Positions 39,641-53,184 of a stretch of DNA of 64,000 nt are shown here, piece by piece. The notes under the pieces were generated by a model. It worked only from the letters and a program-made list of their open reading frames with translations. It was not told where the DNA came from and searched no databases. Every line of letters starts with the position of its first letter. Position 1 is the stretch's first letter. The position numbers and the translations under genes are program-made. The stretch is from Chiloscyllium plagiosum (lineage: Eukaryota): contig NC_057719.1 of NCBI RefSeq assembly GCF_004010195.1, positions 73,328,365-73,392,364 on the forward strand, written 5' to 3'.

Positions 39641-41819
39641 GCAATGTGAATATACCAAAGAACAAAAAAAATTATCACAGCACATAATCTGTCCCAGCCA
39701 GGAAGAAGTGATAACTGCAGCTGTTGTCACTGGCAAACTAATGATAAACTAGCGCTTTTTCCAGCTAAATATTAATTAGAGTATTACTTTCCACGAGGTG
39801 TTGTTATGACAGTTTCTGTGGGAATCAGTCCTTCACCTCGCTCCCTGCACTATTATTCCATGTTTTAAATGCAATTAATGGTTTCGAAAAATTGAGAGTT
39901 GAGGATGACAGGGACTTCTGTGAGGATTTGTTGTGCAAAAAAAATCCTCAAGAAATAACTTCAAGCTGACTGCTAATTAACGTTCAGTTGAATAACTCAG
40001 CATATTGTGTGTTTGTGATTTTTAAGTGCCTTACAGAAAAACAAAATGTCGGGAAAGTCTCTTCAAGTATTTTCGATTACAGCCTGCCAGCAGGCATCCT
40101 TTCAATCTATAAGAATATCCATTACCTTAACTCACATTTGCCTGTCTCCACTTTCTTGAATTATTCAGCTCCATGTACTTATCTGTTTCTCAAATGTCTT
40201 GCCAACTGACAGACTGAGCTAAATCTGTCAATCTTCATGTAAGACAGACCAGGACGTTTGAAGAACTGAGTCTGCAGTTCTTGTCAAGCTTAGTGCTCAT
40301 CTTCTCTGCATTTACCTTTCCTGGATTATACGAGGCTACACTCTATTTTTGAAACCATTATTTTTTTGGTTCACCCTGTTCAGCGATGTTACTACACATC
40401 TCTGGAGCAGGTGGGACTTGAACCCAGGCATCTCATTTCAGGGGTAAAGGCACTACCACTGTGCCACAAAAGGGCTCTCTGATGAAACCCCACACAGAAA
40501 GAGGGCGAATAGAGATTTGACCAACATCCTGTGGAAGTGGACTGACCCTGGACTAGTGCCTGGAACCGGCCTTAATGAAGATCTGAGACCTCGAGAGACA
40601 TCACAGACTTTGTCACCTCGGCAGAAAAGAAGTGAAGTGAAGCTTTGAAGTTTAAAATAAAGAGGAAGTAAAGTAATTGTAGCTGCATCATGGACAGTAC
40701 ATTACTGGAAGGTAGCTAAGTCAGGGGTGTTAACAATTAGTGAATAGCTATCTACAACTCCAGCAAATTATTTGAAATTTTAAATACTTCAAGCCTACCA
40801 AAATATTTTTAAAACGTCTCTCTCCTTGGGAAAGAACTGGACTGGATCTTGCTCGAGGAACTGCAACAATGTTTATAAACTGTACCAGGGTGTTCCCATT
40901 CCTATACAAAGCTGTTTTTTTCTGCTCAGTCTTTGGGACCGTCTTCTGAGGGAATAAAGTATTCTTTGTTTCTTGTTTAGCTTCGTTTCTGTTGGTAATG
41001 AACCTTTCTTTTTTTAACAGACTGTATCATTGTGTGCTCATGTTTTAGTGAAAGATCACTTCAATAACAACATTTTTTTTAAAACAAAATTATGATCAAA
41101 CCAGCTAGATCCCTGTTTGGGATCTGACTTGGCCAGTAGGATAACTGGACATTGCCCTTTAACAAGTGAAGCCACGAGATCACAATACTTGTCTGATTGA
41201 TTATATTTCCCTGGGAAGCTGTCCGACACTAATGGAGCTATCCAAATGTGATTTGCTCAAGTATTTATAATAGATTGAAGAGTGGCAGATATCCAGCAAA
41301 ATTAAGGTTTCTGGCTGGTTACTATAAGACATAGGAGCACAAGTAGGCCATTCAGTCCATCAAATTCAATGAGATCATCCTCAACTCCACTTTCCTGACT
41401 TTCCCCCATAACCATTAAAATTGCCTTGAATATGGGCGATAACATAAGCATTGACGCATCAGGTAAAATAGCTTTGACTTCTCAAAATCTTCTACCTGGC
41501 AAATACCAATAGCTCGGCAGTGGCAAACTGTGTGCCCAGAACTCAATATAGTCACAATTCATGAGATTGCAACCTCATCCACTGTGCCAGAACAGGCCAC
41601 ACATGACACAATCAGGTCAGTCAACAGTTGCCCTGGATGAGACTTTGAAATGCAATATAAATTTGACACCAAGCTGGTTACACTGAGCAATCCACACAGA
41701 GAACAAGGTATTCCTCTTGATCGATACATCAATGATTTTGAGTACCAAAAGTCTTTAAAGATTGTTTGGCCAGACCCAGTATGAACAGTTGCACTCATCA
41801 ACCATTAAAGATGAATAAG

Positions 41820-44800
41820 GGGGAAATTCAAGATGGCTGCAGTCTAGGAGGATCGCGTTAACTGGGCTCTGCGCTTCAACATCCGCAGGACAGAAATGGA
41901 ACCCATCCCAACCAAGTCATTTTGACTTTAAAAACAGTAAAAGGGCTATAGAATTTTAAAATTTTACTTGCCTTCGCTTTTGCCAGGGGAGAATTCTGAA
42001 GGAAGGAGGAAGTTTGCCTGAGGCCTGATCCACTGGGGAGGTGGGCCTACTTACTCACCAGGCCTTGATTGCTGAACTCTCCAAGTCTTGGGAAAACAGC
42101 TCGAAGGAAAAAACGAAGGAAAAGCTGGCTCTGATCTCTACAATGCTCCAAATACACGCACAGCAACTGGAAGACCTCGGGAAAAGGACAGATGAGCTTG
42201 AACGCCGAATCACAGGAGTGGAAGTTGAAACTGATTCATCCAAGAGTTGGATTGAAGCCCTGGAAACGCAGGTCAGTGGTTTGCTTGAAGATCTCGAAAA
42301 CTGGGACAGAAGGAAGAATCTTTATGTTGCCGGTCTGCCAGAGAGGAAGGAAGGTGGATGGCCAATGGAATTTTTTGAAAAGTGGTTACCGGAATTCCTT
42401 AGCTTAGAGGTTGAAAGGGGAAGGATAAAGATTGAGAGAGCTCACCAGGTTGTGGCACGGAGGCCAGGTATGGACCAAATCCCTTGCCCTGTCCTGGTAA
42501 AGTAACATCATTATATGGACAAACAGAGTCATGGAAGCTTCCAGAACCCAGGGGAAGGATCCAGGGGCATTGGTGTGCGAGGGCTGTAGAGTCATGTTTT
42601 TCCAAGACTTTTCGGCAATGGTGATCCAGAAAAGGAAGTCCTTTGATGGTATCAAGAAGAGATTGAGAGAGCTCAGGGTCCAGTACTCTCTCAGATACCC
42701 AGCGGTGCTTCGGATTACCTATAATGGATCTATACATTTATTTGACTCGCCAGTGAAAGTGAAGGACTTTGTGGACACACTCACTTGAAGTGGAGGATTT
42801 AGTAATAAGTTCCGTTAAATTCTGTTTTGAATGGATAGAGTATGTACCTTTAATTTCTGAGTTAAGCTATAGCAGGGGATGGATGATGTATTTATTTTAA
42901 CTTCACTTGTGCGCATTGCTAATCTTTTCTTTTTTTCCCGTTCTACTTTATCCTGAACTGCCTGTGTTTGTGGCATGACCCTAGCTAAGAGGATTTAAAA
43001 GGGGGTTTAGGATGGATAGCAGGGTTTTGGGATGTGTGGGCGCCCCCGTTGAATGGGGGGTAAATTCTCCTAATCAGTGCCTTTGGCACTTTGTGTATGG
43101 TTTTGTTTTTTGGTTTCTGTTGCACATGGTTTTTATAAGTTTTATAGGTTTGTTGGTTGTAGCTGTTTTAGTTTGTGTAATTTTGATGTTCTGTGGACTT
43201 TCTTTTTCTGAAACTCAGCGATTTGTAATTTGAATTTGTCCTCTCTGGAGTCTGTGTTCCAATAGAAGTAATGGCTAAGGGTGTGTTTAAGTGGTGTACC
43301 TGAAACATTAAGGGGAGCCAACTGCCCGTCAAGAGGAAAAAGGTACTGTCAAGAATAAAAAGGAAAGGTTAGATGTCGTCTTATTGCAGGAGACACACCT
43401 AGATGATGCAGAACATTTGAAATTGCCACAGAATGAGTATGACTGGGTTTATTTCTCATCTTTTTAATACCAGGAGTAGGGTAGTGGCCATACTTGTTAG
43501 GAAGAATCTCCATTTAAGTTGTTAAAGTATATTAATGATACACACGGAAGATTTGTAATTCTTAAAGCCCTGATAAATGGGGAAGAATATGGGATGTTAG
43601 ATGTTTACTGTCCCCCGGTCCACCCCCTTGGGTTCCTGGTAGATGCACTTTCTAAATCCCTAAACTTAAGGGATTTGTGTGTTGAACTAGCACTGGGGGA
43701 TATCTGGAGTCACCTTCACCGTACAGGCAGGGATTTCATGTTTTTTTTTCCAATCTGCACAAATGTTATACTGGGATTGATCTCTTTCTGACTCTCGCAG
43801 TGCGTTTGGGCTCAGTGATGTCACGTACAATTGGCAACAAGGTTCAGAGGACTGGCGACTGGATCCCTTCATTCTTAAGGATAGCAAGTTTGTCGAGTAC
43901 TTTTTCAATGAATTCAGGGATTTTCTAGACATTTAATTCAGGCTCAGATAGCAATTCATCCATCCTCTGGGAAACTGCGAAAGCAGGGGTTAGTTATTTC
44001 CTATTCTGCCAGTAAGAAATGGCAGAAGGGTGAGCAGCAACGCTTGCTTGAAACACAGCTGAAGGTAGCAGAGAAGGCATACTTTGATAGGCCCTAACTG
44101 GCTAAATTACAGAGGATCACAGTGCTCCAGTCCACATTGAATTCCATGTTCACACAGACAACTAAGAAGGAGCTTCCTTTTGCAAAACAAAGGTTGTTTG
44201 AGCATGGAGACAAGCCAGGCAAGTACTTAGCATATCTTGCCAGGAAAAGGAGTGCTCCTCAAGCCTTCACCTCAATCCGGGAAGGTGCTGGAACTCTAAC
44301 TGTACCAGTCTGAAAGTTATGAGGATGGATGGGCTAGGATGGAGTCTTTTTTTTGTAGGAATCTGGATCTCCTGGGTGTGACCCCAGAACAAGAGTCTCT
44401 CCTTAACTCCCCATTGTCAGTGCAGGAAGCTGTGAGGCAGCTCCAGAATGGAAAGGTACCTGGTCCTGATGGACTCCCCAGTGAATTTTATTAGGAATTT
44501 ATAAATGTATTGTCAGGACCGATGTTTAGTATGTTTAACGATTCACAGTCCTGGCCTCCTTCGGCCATCTTTAAAGGAGGCAAACATCTCTCTTATCCTT
44601 AATAAAGGGAAGGCCCCAAAGAATTGTGCTTCCTGTAGACCCATCTCAATTTCCACTTTAAATGGTCACAGGAGGGTTTTCTTTAGTTAGGTATATTTAT
44701 TACTCCTCTCTTTGATTGGCTATTTAAAACTTTGCCCATTTATTCTACAAAATTAAACAAGACCTTCGAAGATGGGAGGTGCTTCTAGGTCGGATACCCC

Positions 44801-46451
44801 TCATTAAAATAACATTCTCCCCTGTCTCCTGTACCCTATGTGAATGCTCCCCTTGATCTTTACTAAACAAATGCTCAGGAGACTGAATGGCTTGTTCAGT
44901 TCTTTCATTTGGTGTCGCAAGTGACCCCTTATTAAACTAACTAAATTACAGCCACCCCATAAATTGCGAGGAGTGGACCTCCCAGATATTAAAAGCTATC
45001 AATGAAGCTCGTTGCTATAGCACATGAGTGACTGGGCTTGGGGGGACCCTCACTCACTATGGTTAGACATTAAAGCTTCTTAGGCAAGGTGTCCCCTTTC
45101 TAGCTTACTGTTCTTGGACAAAATGGGGACAGTCAAGGAATATTGTCATAAGCCAGTAGGTATTAATACTGATAAAGCATGGAGGGCAATGTGACCGAGC
45201 GAGGGCAGTATTGCTAAAACATCATTTTTGACAACCATAGTTGGTATGCCAGGTTTTCAGCTGGGGGTGATGGACTCAGTGTCTAAATTTTGGGCAGTTA
45301 GGGCTGTGTTTTGCCTGGGTGACCTATTTCAGGGGGACACATTGATGTCTTTTGACCAGTTAGCTTGGAAATGCGAGTTACCTAGCAGGGATATCTTCCG
45401 TTTGTTTCCAAATGAGGTACTATATTCAAAAAAGGACTACAATCTTAACTGACTCTAATAGATCCAACATAAAGAAGAGGGTGCTTAGTGCTAAAAACAC
45501 ACTTTCTGTCAGCACTCTTTATCGCCTATTGGGAGAGGGCTCCTTTGACGAGACTGAGCGGCTCTGTAAGGTGTGGGAGAGGGAACTGGACATTGAGATA
45601 TCCTCTCAGACATGGGAGGGTATCTGGGAAAATGCAACAAATATCGCCATTTGCAATAGGACCCATCAATCTTGCAATTGAAGATGCTCCACAGGGTCCA
45701 CTTGGCTTCGGATCGTCTCTCAAAACTTTAAAGTGGGAGTACCTTCAATGTGTCCCAAGTGCAAAATGAGTGTGGGTACGCTCACTCATTGTCTGCGGTC
45801 TTGCCACAGGCTCCAGGTATACTGGGTACTATGGCAGGCAAAATAGAGAGGGTCTTGGGGACAGAGGTGGAGATGGACCTGGTATCTCTTCTTCTTGGCC
45901 CAGCTAATGTACCTCCTTTAAACACGCACAAACAAAAAAGCTTTTCAGTATCCTCACTTTTTTATGCAAGAAAGAGCATTTTGTGAGGGTGGGTGTCAGA
46001 GAATCCCCTGGGGTTGCCAGGTTGATGTAAGCTCGTCATGGAGCATATTTTTGGATTTTCTCACAAGCATGGTGCACCATAAAATGGAAAACTGCTATAA
46101 AACATGGCGGCCCTTTTTGGACTACCTGGGCACAGATGTCTGCCATATTAGTAAGGGCCTTTATATAGCCATAATGATTCTGTTTAATGAATCTGGTATT
46201 CAAAGAGGAGGACCTATGAACACATGAAGATGTATAAATTTATGTTGTCAATGATCGAGGGCTATCACTTTGTCTTACTGAGCTGTATTATTATTATTAT
46301 TATTATTATTGTTGTTGTCTTTTTTTTTAGTTGTTATTTATTTATTTATGTAATTAGTGGATTTCTTTGTACTGTACTGAAATGTTGTGTTTTGTATTTG
46401 GTGTAATATCCAAAAAAATCTTTTTTTCAGTAAAAATATACGTTTTTAAAA
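41820..46451 (+). mobile_element. L1/Tx1-clade LINE, 5' end to A-tail, internally deleted
   Basis: 5' GGGGAAATTCAAGATGGC. ORF1 42041-42788 has a coiled coil, LEDLENWDRRKNL..GLPE, IERAH and YSLRYPAVLRI. ORF2 from ~43271 has *NIKG, LQETHL, LFEHGDKPGKYLA, GPDGLP.EFY and CPKC....GTLTHCL.SC. TSD AAAGATGA(A/G)TAAG at 41807-41819 and 46452-46464. Confidence 0.92.
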
Positions 46452-46464
46452 AAAGATGAGTAAG

Positions 46465-47500
46465 AACAAACATTGCCAAAGTTCATTATTCAGAATGGCC
46501 TGACAGTGCTAAAGTACCTGATTTACTCATTGTGATCAGACAGAGATGAACTTGAAATGTCTCAGTCATTTTCGAGCAGAATTAAGTCCTAATGCCATAA
46601 GTATTATGCCAAGATATCATATCTATGTTATACCAGGGATGTAAGATATTGAATGCACAAGACAGCTAGCATGTAAATGGCTGTACTAACCAGGAATGAA
46701 TCAGAATAGTTCACGAGGAAACTCTGCACCCACACAATGTTCGATGCATTTCGCAGATTAAAACAGCTGCAAACCTCTGCTCAATGTGCAGAGAAAACTA
46801 TACTCCTGTGACTAGATTACTTCTCTAAATTTCTCATTGTTCAATAACTTGACCGCACAATGATCACAACACCCGTGATAATAATCAGCATTACTTTCAG
46901 TTCATTCAACATACCGTATCAGACAGTGTCTGTCAACAGATCACATGGCAATGGCAAGCTGCTTAAAGATCCATATGCTAAGGATGGAGCCATCCACAAC
47001 ATATCCACAGTCATCCTTCCACTAGATTCGAGCAGGCCAGCAGAACTAATGGTATATTACTGTCAAATCAGTGTTCATTAAGCATTGAACAATAAAGCAC
47101 AATTTTCACATTGAATTTCTGCATTTGTGTGCAATACCAATGGAGGAGATTTATCATCTCCAGCACAACTTATGCTTAGAAGGCAAGTGTGGCTGATCTT
47201 GCTCAGAATCACTTTCTAACACTTTAAGACATGGGGCATTCTTTATTGAAGACGGAAGAGAATGTAAAGAGGTACGCAACAAGTGAGGAGGTAGAGAATT
47301 GCCAAACCTACTCATGAATCAAGAGTGCAAGTTAGAAGTACAAGTATGTTGATACCAACACACTTTTTTAAAATGGACAACCAGTCCAGGTCATACAAAG
47401 CAATTGCTGCTCATCGTTCTGTATGGGAAAGGAACAGAAGCCAGCTTAGACCATAGATGACACACCAAAGGGACTAAAGAAGAACACTCCGACATTGATT
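46465..47500 (+). mobile_element. Decayed Gypsy-type integrase region (probably continuing 41430-41819 across the L1)
   Basis: Hand translation gives RDEL, LY*PGMN, DYFSKF and DPY...PAELM motifs typical of Gypsy integrases. Confidence 0.55.
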
Positions 47501-47820
47501 GTTATGATTTTGAGTGACTGTAATCAGGGGAATGGCAATCAAATGGACAAATGGAGAACAGATTGTCATAATGAGCAATCTGTACCTATTCAGGCATGTA
47601 TATGATCACCAAATTAGGATGAGTTGACAGACTCTTAAAACATTACATTGAACTCTGAAATGTCATTCTTGTGAACATTTTTACCTGTTAGTTTAATCAT
47701 CAAATTGATAGTACATGCCTTTGTACAACCATATTTATCTGTTTGAAATAAATGTTTAAATCTTTGAGAAAACATGTCTTGTATCTCATGGTCAGTTTGT
47801 TACATACCTTACACATACCT

Positions 47821-47916
47821 CATTCCTGAAGAAGGGCTTATGCCCGAAACGTCGATTCTCCTGTTCCTTGGATGCAGCCTGACCTGCTGCGCTGTTCCAG
47901 CAACACATTTTCAGCA
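47821..47916 (+). mobile_element. Short element with an intact minimal hammerhead core
   Basis: CTGAAGA-A-GGGC-TTAT-GCCC-GAAA-CGTC at 47826-47853. TSD ACATACCT at 47813-47820 and 47917-47924. Confidence 0.75.
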
Positions 47917-50029
47917 ACATACCTTATAGAAACATGCTCATGATATTACTCTTGTATTATAGTATATGACCTAAGAGTATCATATGCTCAGGGATTACTT
48001 TAAGCATGACATGTTATAGGAAGCATATTCCTTTTTTGTAACATGTTAACCTACTGTTAGCACAGGACCTTAGGTGTCTGAGGAATGTAATGCCAATGCA
48101 TAATAGTTAGCACAAATAATATGTTGGGGTTTTCAATGCTATGATATCCTCACCTAGTTTGTGTTACAGCGAATAATATAAGAATTGCCGTGATGCTCTG
48201 AAAGCTAGTGTGCTTCCAGTTAAACCTATTGGACTATAACCTGGTGTTGTGTGATTTTTTAACTTTGTACACCTCAGTCCAACACCGGCATCTCCAAATC
48301 ATCACATCAGGTAAAACACCCTGAAGGCAAACTCACACCACCTGCCACTTAATGTCGTGTCAGCCCCTTAGCAAGTTGGCAGCAACTGTTCATTTTGAAA
48401 TATGAGACATCGTTTTTTTGCAGAGAATAATGCAATTGTGACTTGCCAAAGCATTTATAAACAACTGATTCAGCTTGTGCCCCTGTCTCGCTTCAAGTTT
48501 TCTTTGACAATTTTCTGAAAAACACAATGCTTTAATATAAATAAATCCTGGACCAATTTTCAGAAAAAAATGGTTCAGGACTTAGTTATGTTGAAGCATT
48601 GTGTTTTTAAAAAGATACTCGATGACTTCAAGTTTTAAAAAGGCACAGGAATCTAGCTGGTGGCAATAGGATCCATGAAGTGGACTTTGTAGAGGTCTTC
48701 ACAATGATAAATAATCTTAGGAATTTAAGAACATAAGAAAGAGGAACAGGAGTAGGCCGTCCGGCTCTTTGAGCCTGCTCCACCACTCAATAAGATCATG
48801 GTTGATCTTTTCATGGACTCAGCTCTACTTATCCTCCCTCTCACTATATCCCTTAATTCCTTTATTTTTCAAAAAAGTATCTACCTTAGCTTGCAAAGCG
48901 ATCACTGAAGTAATGTCAACTAACCTGGGCAAGGAATTCCATAGATTAATGACCCTCTCAGTTCAGTTCTAAACCTGCTTCCTCTAATTTTGAGTCTATG
49001 CCCTCCTGTCTTAGTTTCACCTACCAGTGGAAATATCCTACTTATTTCTATTTTATCGATTCCCTGCATCATTTTATATGTTTCTGTAAGATCCCACCTC
49101 AATCTTCTGAATTCCAATAAATATAATCCCTATCCACTCAGCCTCTCCTCATAAGCCAACCCCCTCAACTCTGGAATCAATCTAGTGAACCTCTTCTGCA
49201 CCCCCTCTCGTACCAGTACATCCTCTCTTAAGTTTGGAGCCCACATCTGCACACAGTACTCCAGGTGTGGCCTCACCAGCACCTTGCACAGCTGTAAAAT
49301 TATCTCGCTGCTTTTAAACACAACTTCTTTCACAATGAAGGACAAAATTCCATTCGCCTTCCTAATTGCTTGTTGTACCTGCAGACCAACCTTGTGCAAT
49401 TCATGCACAAGGACACCCAGGTCCCGCTGTAAATCAGCATGCTGCAACGTTTTGCTATTCAAGTAATAATCTATTTTACTGTTACTCCTACCAAAATGTA
49501 TGACTTCATATTTACTAACATTGTATTCCATCTGCCAGACCTTTGCCCACTCACTCAATGTATCTATGTTCCTCTGCAAAGTTTCACAGTCCTCTGCACA
49601 CTTTGCTCTGCCACTCATCTTAGTGTCATCAGCAAATTGTGACACCATACACGTGGTCCCCAACTCCAAATCATCAATATAAATTATAAATAATTGTGGT
49701 CCCAATACCTGAGGCACACCACTAGTCACTGATTGCCAGCCAGAATAGCACTCATTTATCCCCACTCTTTGCTTCCTGTCAATCAACCAATCCTCTATCC
49801 ATGCTAATACTCTACCCTTCACATCATGCACCCTTATCTTGTGCAGCAGCATCCTTATCTTATGCGGCACTTGATCGAAGGCCTTTTGAAAATTCAGGTA
49901 CACCACATTCGCTGGGTCCCTGTTGTCCACCTTGCTCGTAATGGCTTCAAAAGATTTGAGAAGCATGACCTGCCCTACATGAACCCAGGCTGCATCTGTA
50001 CAATGGGACAATTTCTTTTGAGATGCCCT

Positions 50030-51935
50030 TGTTATGGACTAGGCCAAACCACTCAAAACATTCAGAAGCAGGCAGCCCAGACCATAACTTTGCAATTTGT
50101 TTCGGTAAGTGTACAGTGCAAATTACCTGGATTAAGTTAGTGAGGTTGACTACCAGTTTCAAAACAACCAAAAAATTTATTCACAAAATTACCCAATGAA
50201 ACACAAAGAACAGAATAAAGAACCCCTACAGAACTCAGTCTATCTAGACTGGACTTAATCATGCTGTTTTAACTCTGCTCTTCCACATAAGTTTGCAGAG
50301 TGAATTCCTTCAAAATAATTACCTCTCTAAAGGCAGCATAGGTTTGCTTGATTTTTAAAGCTCTTATCCATCTATTGAAATTATTCTGTTTGATCCTTTC
50401 AAACTCTATATAGGTTTGACCAGGATACCTCCTTAGATTCCTGAAACATTGTCTATAGGCTTCTGGTACAAGCTCATATGCAGTTACAATGGCTTTTTTC
50501 ACCTCCTCATACTCCCCAGATACCTCCTTTGATAGTGATGCAAATACCTCACTAGTCCTACCCACAAGTTTTGTTTGGATCAACAAAACCCACATTGCTA
50601 CTGGCCACTGCATTGGTTTAGCACCTTTTCAAATGAGACGAAAAAGACTTCCACATCCTTTTCATCAAATTTAAGCAATGTTTCAACATACCGAACCAGT
50701 TTCTCACTCAGCGTCTGACTACCATGGGCTTGCTCATCCCCACTCCCTTCCTCACTAAGCCTACCCTCAGCCTTTATCACCAGCCTTTTAAGCTGACTTT
50801 CCTTTTTAAGTGTCAGTTTTTGAAGTTCAAGAGCTCTCTCTTTTTCTTTTTCTTTCTCTGCTGCTGCTCTCTCTTTTTCTCTCTGTTCTGCTGCTCTCTC
50901 TTTTTCCGTCTCTTCTGCTTTCAATTGTAACTCAAACTGTTTCATTCCCACTGCCCCTTCCTTAACTCTTACCTCTAACTCAAGCTGCTTCATTTGCAAT
51001 CGAATTCTTGCCATCTCTATAGATTCTGATGGCTTCTCCGGCAAGTTTAAATGCTGAGCGACTGCTGTAATTATCTCTCCTTGCCTCACAGAAGCAGTCA
51101 GGTCCAACCCAAGCTTCTTTGCTAACTGCTGCAGTTTGGTTTTATTCACTCTTTGCAAAACTTCCAAAGTCACCGCATTCACATTCAGAAAGCTTTTAAT
51201 GACTGAAAGAGCCATTACTACCCCAAGCTTTGTATAACAACCAAACCAATACCTGAAATAAAGACACTAGCACCTACCACTCGCTGTTCAAAATCCTGTA
51301 AAGAGCCCCCAGTCTGTTATGGACTAGGCTAGACCACTCAAACATTCTTAAGCAGGCAACCCAGACCATAACTTTGCAATTTGTTTCGGTAAGTGGGCAG
51401 TGAAAATTACCCGGATTAAGTTCGTGAGGTTGACTACCAGGTTTAAAACTGAAAAAGAATTCACAAAATTACACAATGAAACACCACGAACAGGATGAAG
51501 AACCCCTACAGAACTCAGTGTATCCAAACTAGATTTAAGTGTGCTATTCTGAATAAACACAACAGTCCCAATAAGCAAACCCTCTTGACAAACCGTATAA
51601 ATGGAACAGGCTAAAGTTAAAGGGGCCGAAGGAGAGAGAGAGAGTTTGTTTCCACACAGCTCACTGTTGAACTCCCAACTAGTTCCGGACTGAACTAAAC
51701 TACTCAGCTAGACAGCTAACCACTCACCTTTCATTCTCCAGGTCACTTCTAAAACATGACCACTTTGGCCTGAAGTCTTATCTGTTTACATATAAACAAA
51801 AGGCCTCTTAAAATCACTTACATCAGACTGATCGGAGCCTGGCCTGGTTTATTACCCCTCTGAAAAAAATCAAGGACAGAGTATCCTTGAGTCAAGGAAC
51901 AGCTTTTAGGGAAAAAAAGGACTAGCTTTGTGGCA
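50030..51935 (-). mobile_element. Gypsy (Gmr1/SCAN-like gag) LTR retrotransposon, internally deleted, nested in CR1
   Basis: 5' LTR 51315-51935. The surviving 3' LTR part 50030-~50268 matches 51315-~51550. PBS TGGGGGCTC (tRNA-Pro) lies beside the 5' LTR. 4-bp TSD CCCT/TCCT. Confidence 0.88.
50269..51215 (-). pseudogene. gag: Gypsy gag, frameshifted and truncated
   Basis: Coiled coil plus KFDEKDVEVFFVSFEKV / WP..MWVLLIQTKLVG..YEEVKKAIVTAYELVPEAYRQCFR. Confidence 0.85.
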
Positions 51936-52426
51936 TCCTGCTATTTCTTCCTTGATAATAGACTCAAGCATCTTCCCCACTACGGAGGTTAAGCTCACTG
52001 GCCTATAATTCCCCATCTTTTGTCTACTTTCCTTTTTAAACCGTGGTGTCACATTTGCTATTTTCCAATCTGCTGGGACTGCCCCGGAATCCAGCGAATT
52101 TTGGAAAATTACCACCAGTTCACCTGCTATTTCTCCCGCCATCTCTTTTAGTACCCTGGGATGCATTCCATCAGGGCCAGGAGACTTATCTATCCTGAGC
52201 TCCATTAGTTTATGCAACACTAACTCTTCCAGGTCCTCACCTACCTTTGTCTCTTCGTCACTCACTGGCATGTTATTAGTGTCCTCCACTATGAAGACCG
52301 ATGCAAAGTCTCTGTTCAATGCCTCAGCCATTTCATCATATCCCATAACTAACTGCTGCTCCTCATTCTGTAAAGGACCAATATTTACTTCTTTGTTTTA
52401 TATATTTATATAACTTTGCTCTCTGT

Positions 52427-53184
52427 TGCAAGGTTTGTGAAAGTTTGTAGCTCAGGTTGAGGTTTAGGGTGTAGCTTTGTTCACTGAGCTATAGGTTTGA
52501 TATCCAGATGTTTCATTACCTGGCTAGGGTAACATCATCAGTGTTTTTTTTCCTCCGTGTGTAGGGCTACGAGGGAGAGGGGGTCGTGTCTTTTTGTGGC
52601 TAGCTGGTGTTCGTGTATCCTGGTGGCTAACTTTCTTCCTGTTTGTCCTACGTAGTGTTTCTGGCAGTCCTTGCATGGAAGTTTGTAGACGACGTTGGTT
52701 TTGTCCATGGGATGTACTGGGTCTTTTAAGTTTGTTAGTTTTTGTTTGAGAGAGTTGGTGGGTTTGTGTGCTACTAGGATTCCGAGGGGTCTTAGTAGTC
52801 TGGCTGTCATTTCTGAAACTCTTTGATGTACGGTAAGGTGGTTAGGGTTTCTGGCAAAAAAAAACACCATTTCGACTGGGACAACACATCTATCCTGGGA
52901 CAGGCCAAGCAAAGACATGCCAGAGAATTCCTAGAGGCCTGGCACTCCAACCACAACGCCATAAACAAGCACATAGATCTAGATACCATCTATCAACCCC
53001 TCAGAAAACGAACAGGAAATGACATCACCACAAATCCCATGAACCCCATCCAGGAGAAAGATATAAATAGAAAGCAGGAGACAACAGCTTCGCTTCACTT
53101 GGAGGTCGCCACTGATGATGTTACCTAGCCAGGTAATGAAACGTCTGGATATCAAACCTACAGCTCAGCGAGCAAACCTTCACC
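52427..53184. mobile_element. Penelope-like element (GIY-YIG) with inverted organisation, nested in CR1
   Basis: Minus segment VVYKLPCKDCQKHYVGQTGRKLATRIHEH. Plus segment HHFDWDNTSILGQAK..AREFLEAWHS. Inverted pLTR ends ~52466-52543 and ~53110-53185. TSD CTTTGCTCTCTGT at 52414-52426 and 53185-53197. Confidence 0.9.
53109..53148 (+). ncRNA. Minimal type I hammerhead ribozyme motif in the Penelope pLTR
   Basis: CCA-CTGATGA-T-GTTACCT(AGCC)AGGTAAT-GAAA-CGTC-TGG has stem I, conserved core, stem II and a palindromic stem III with GUC. Confidence 0.75.
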
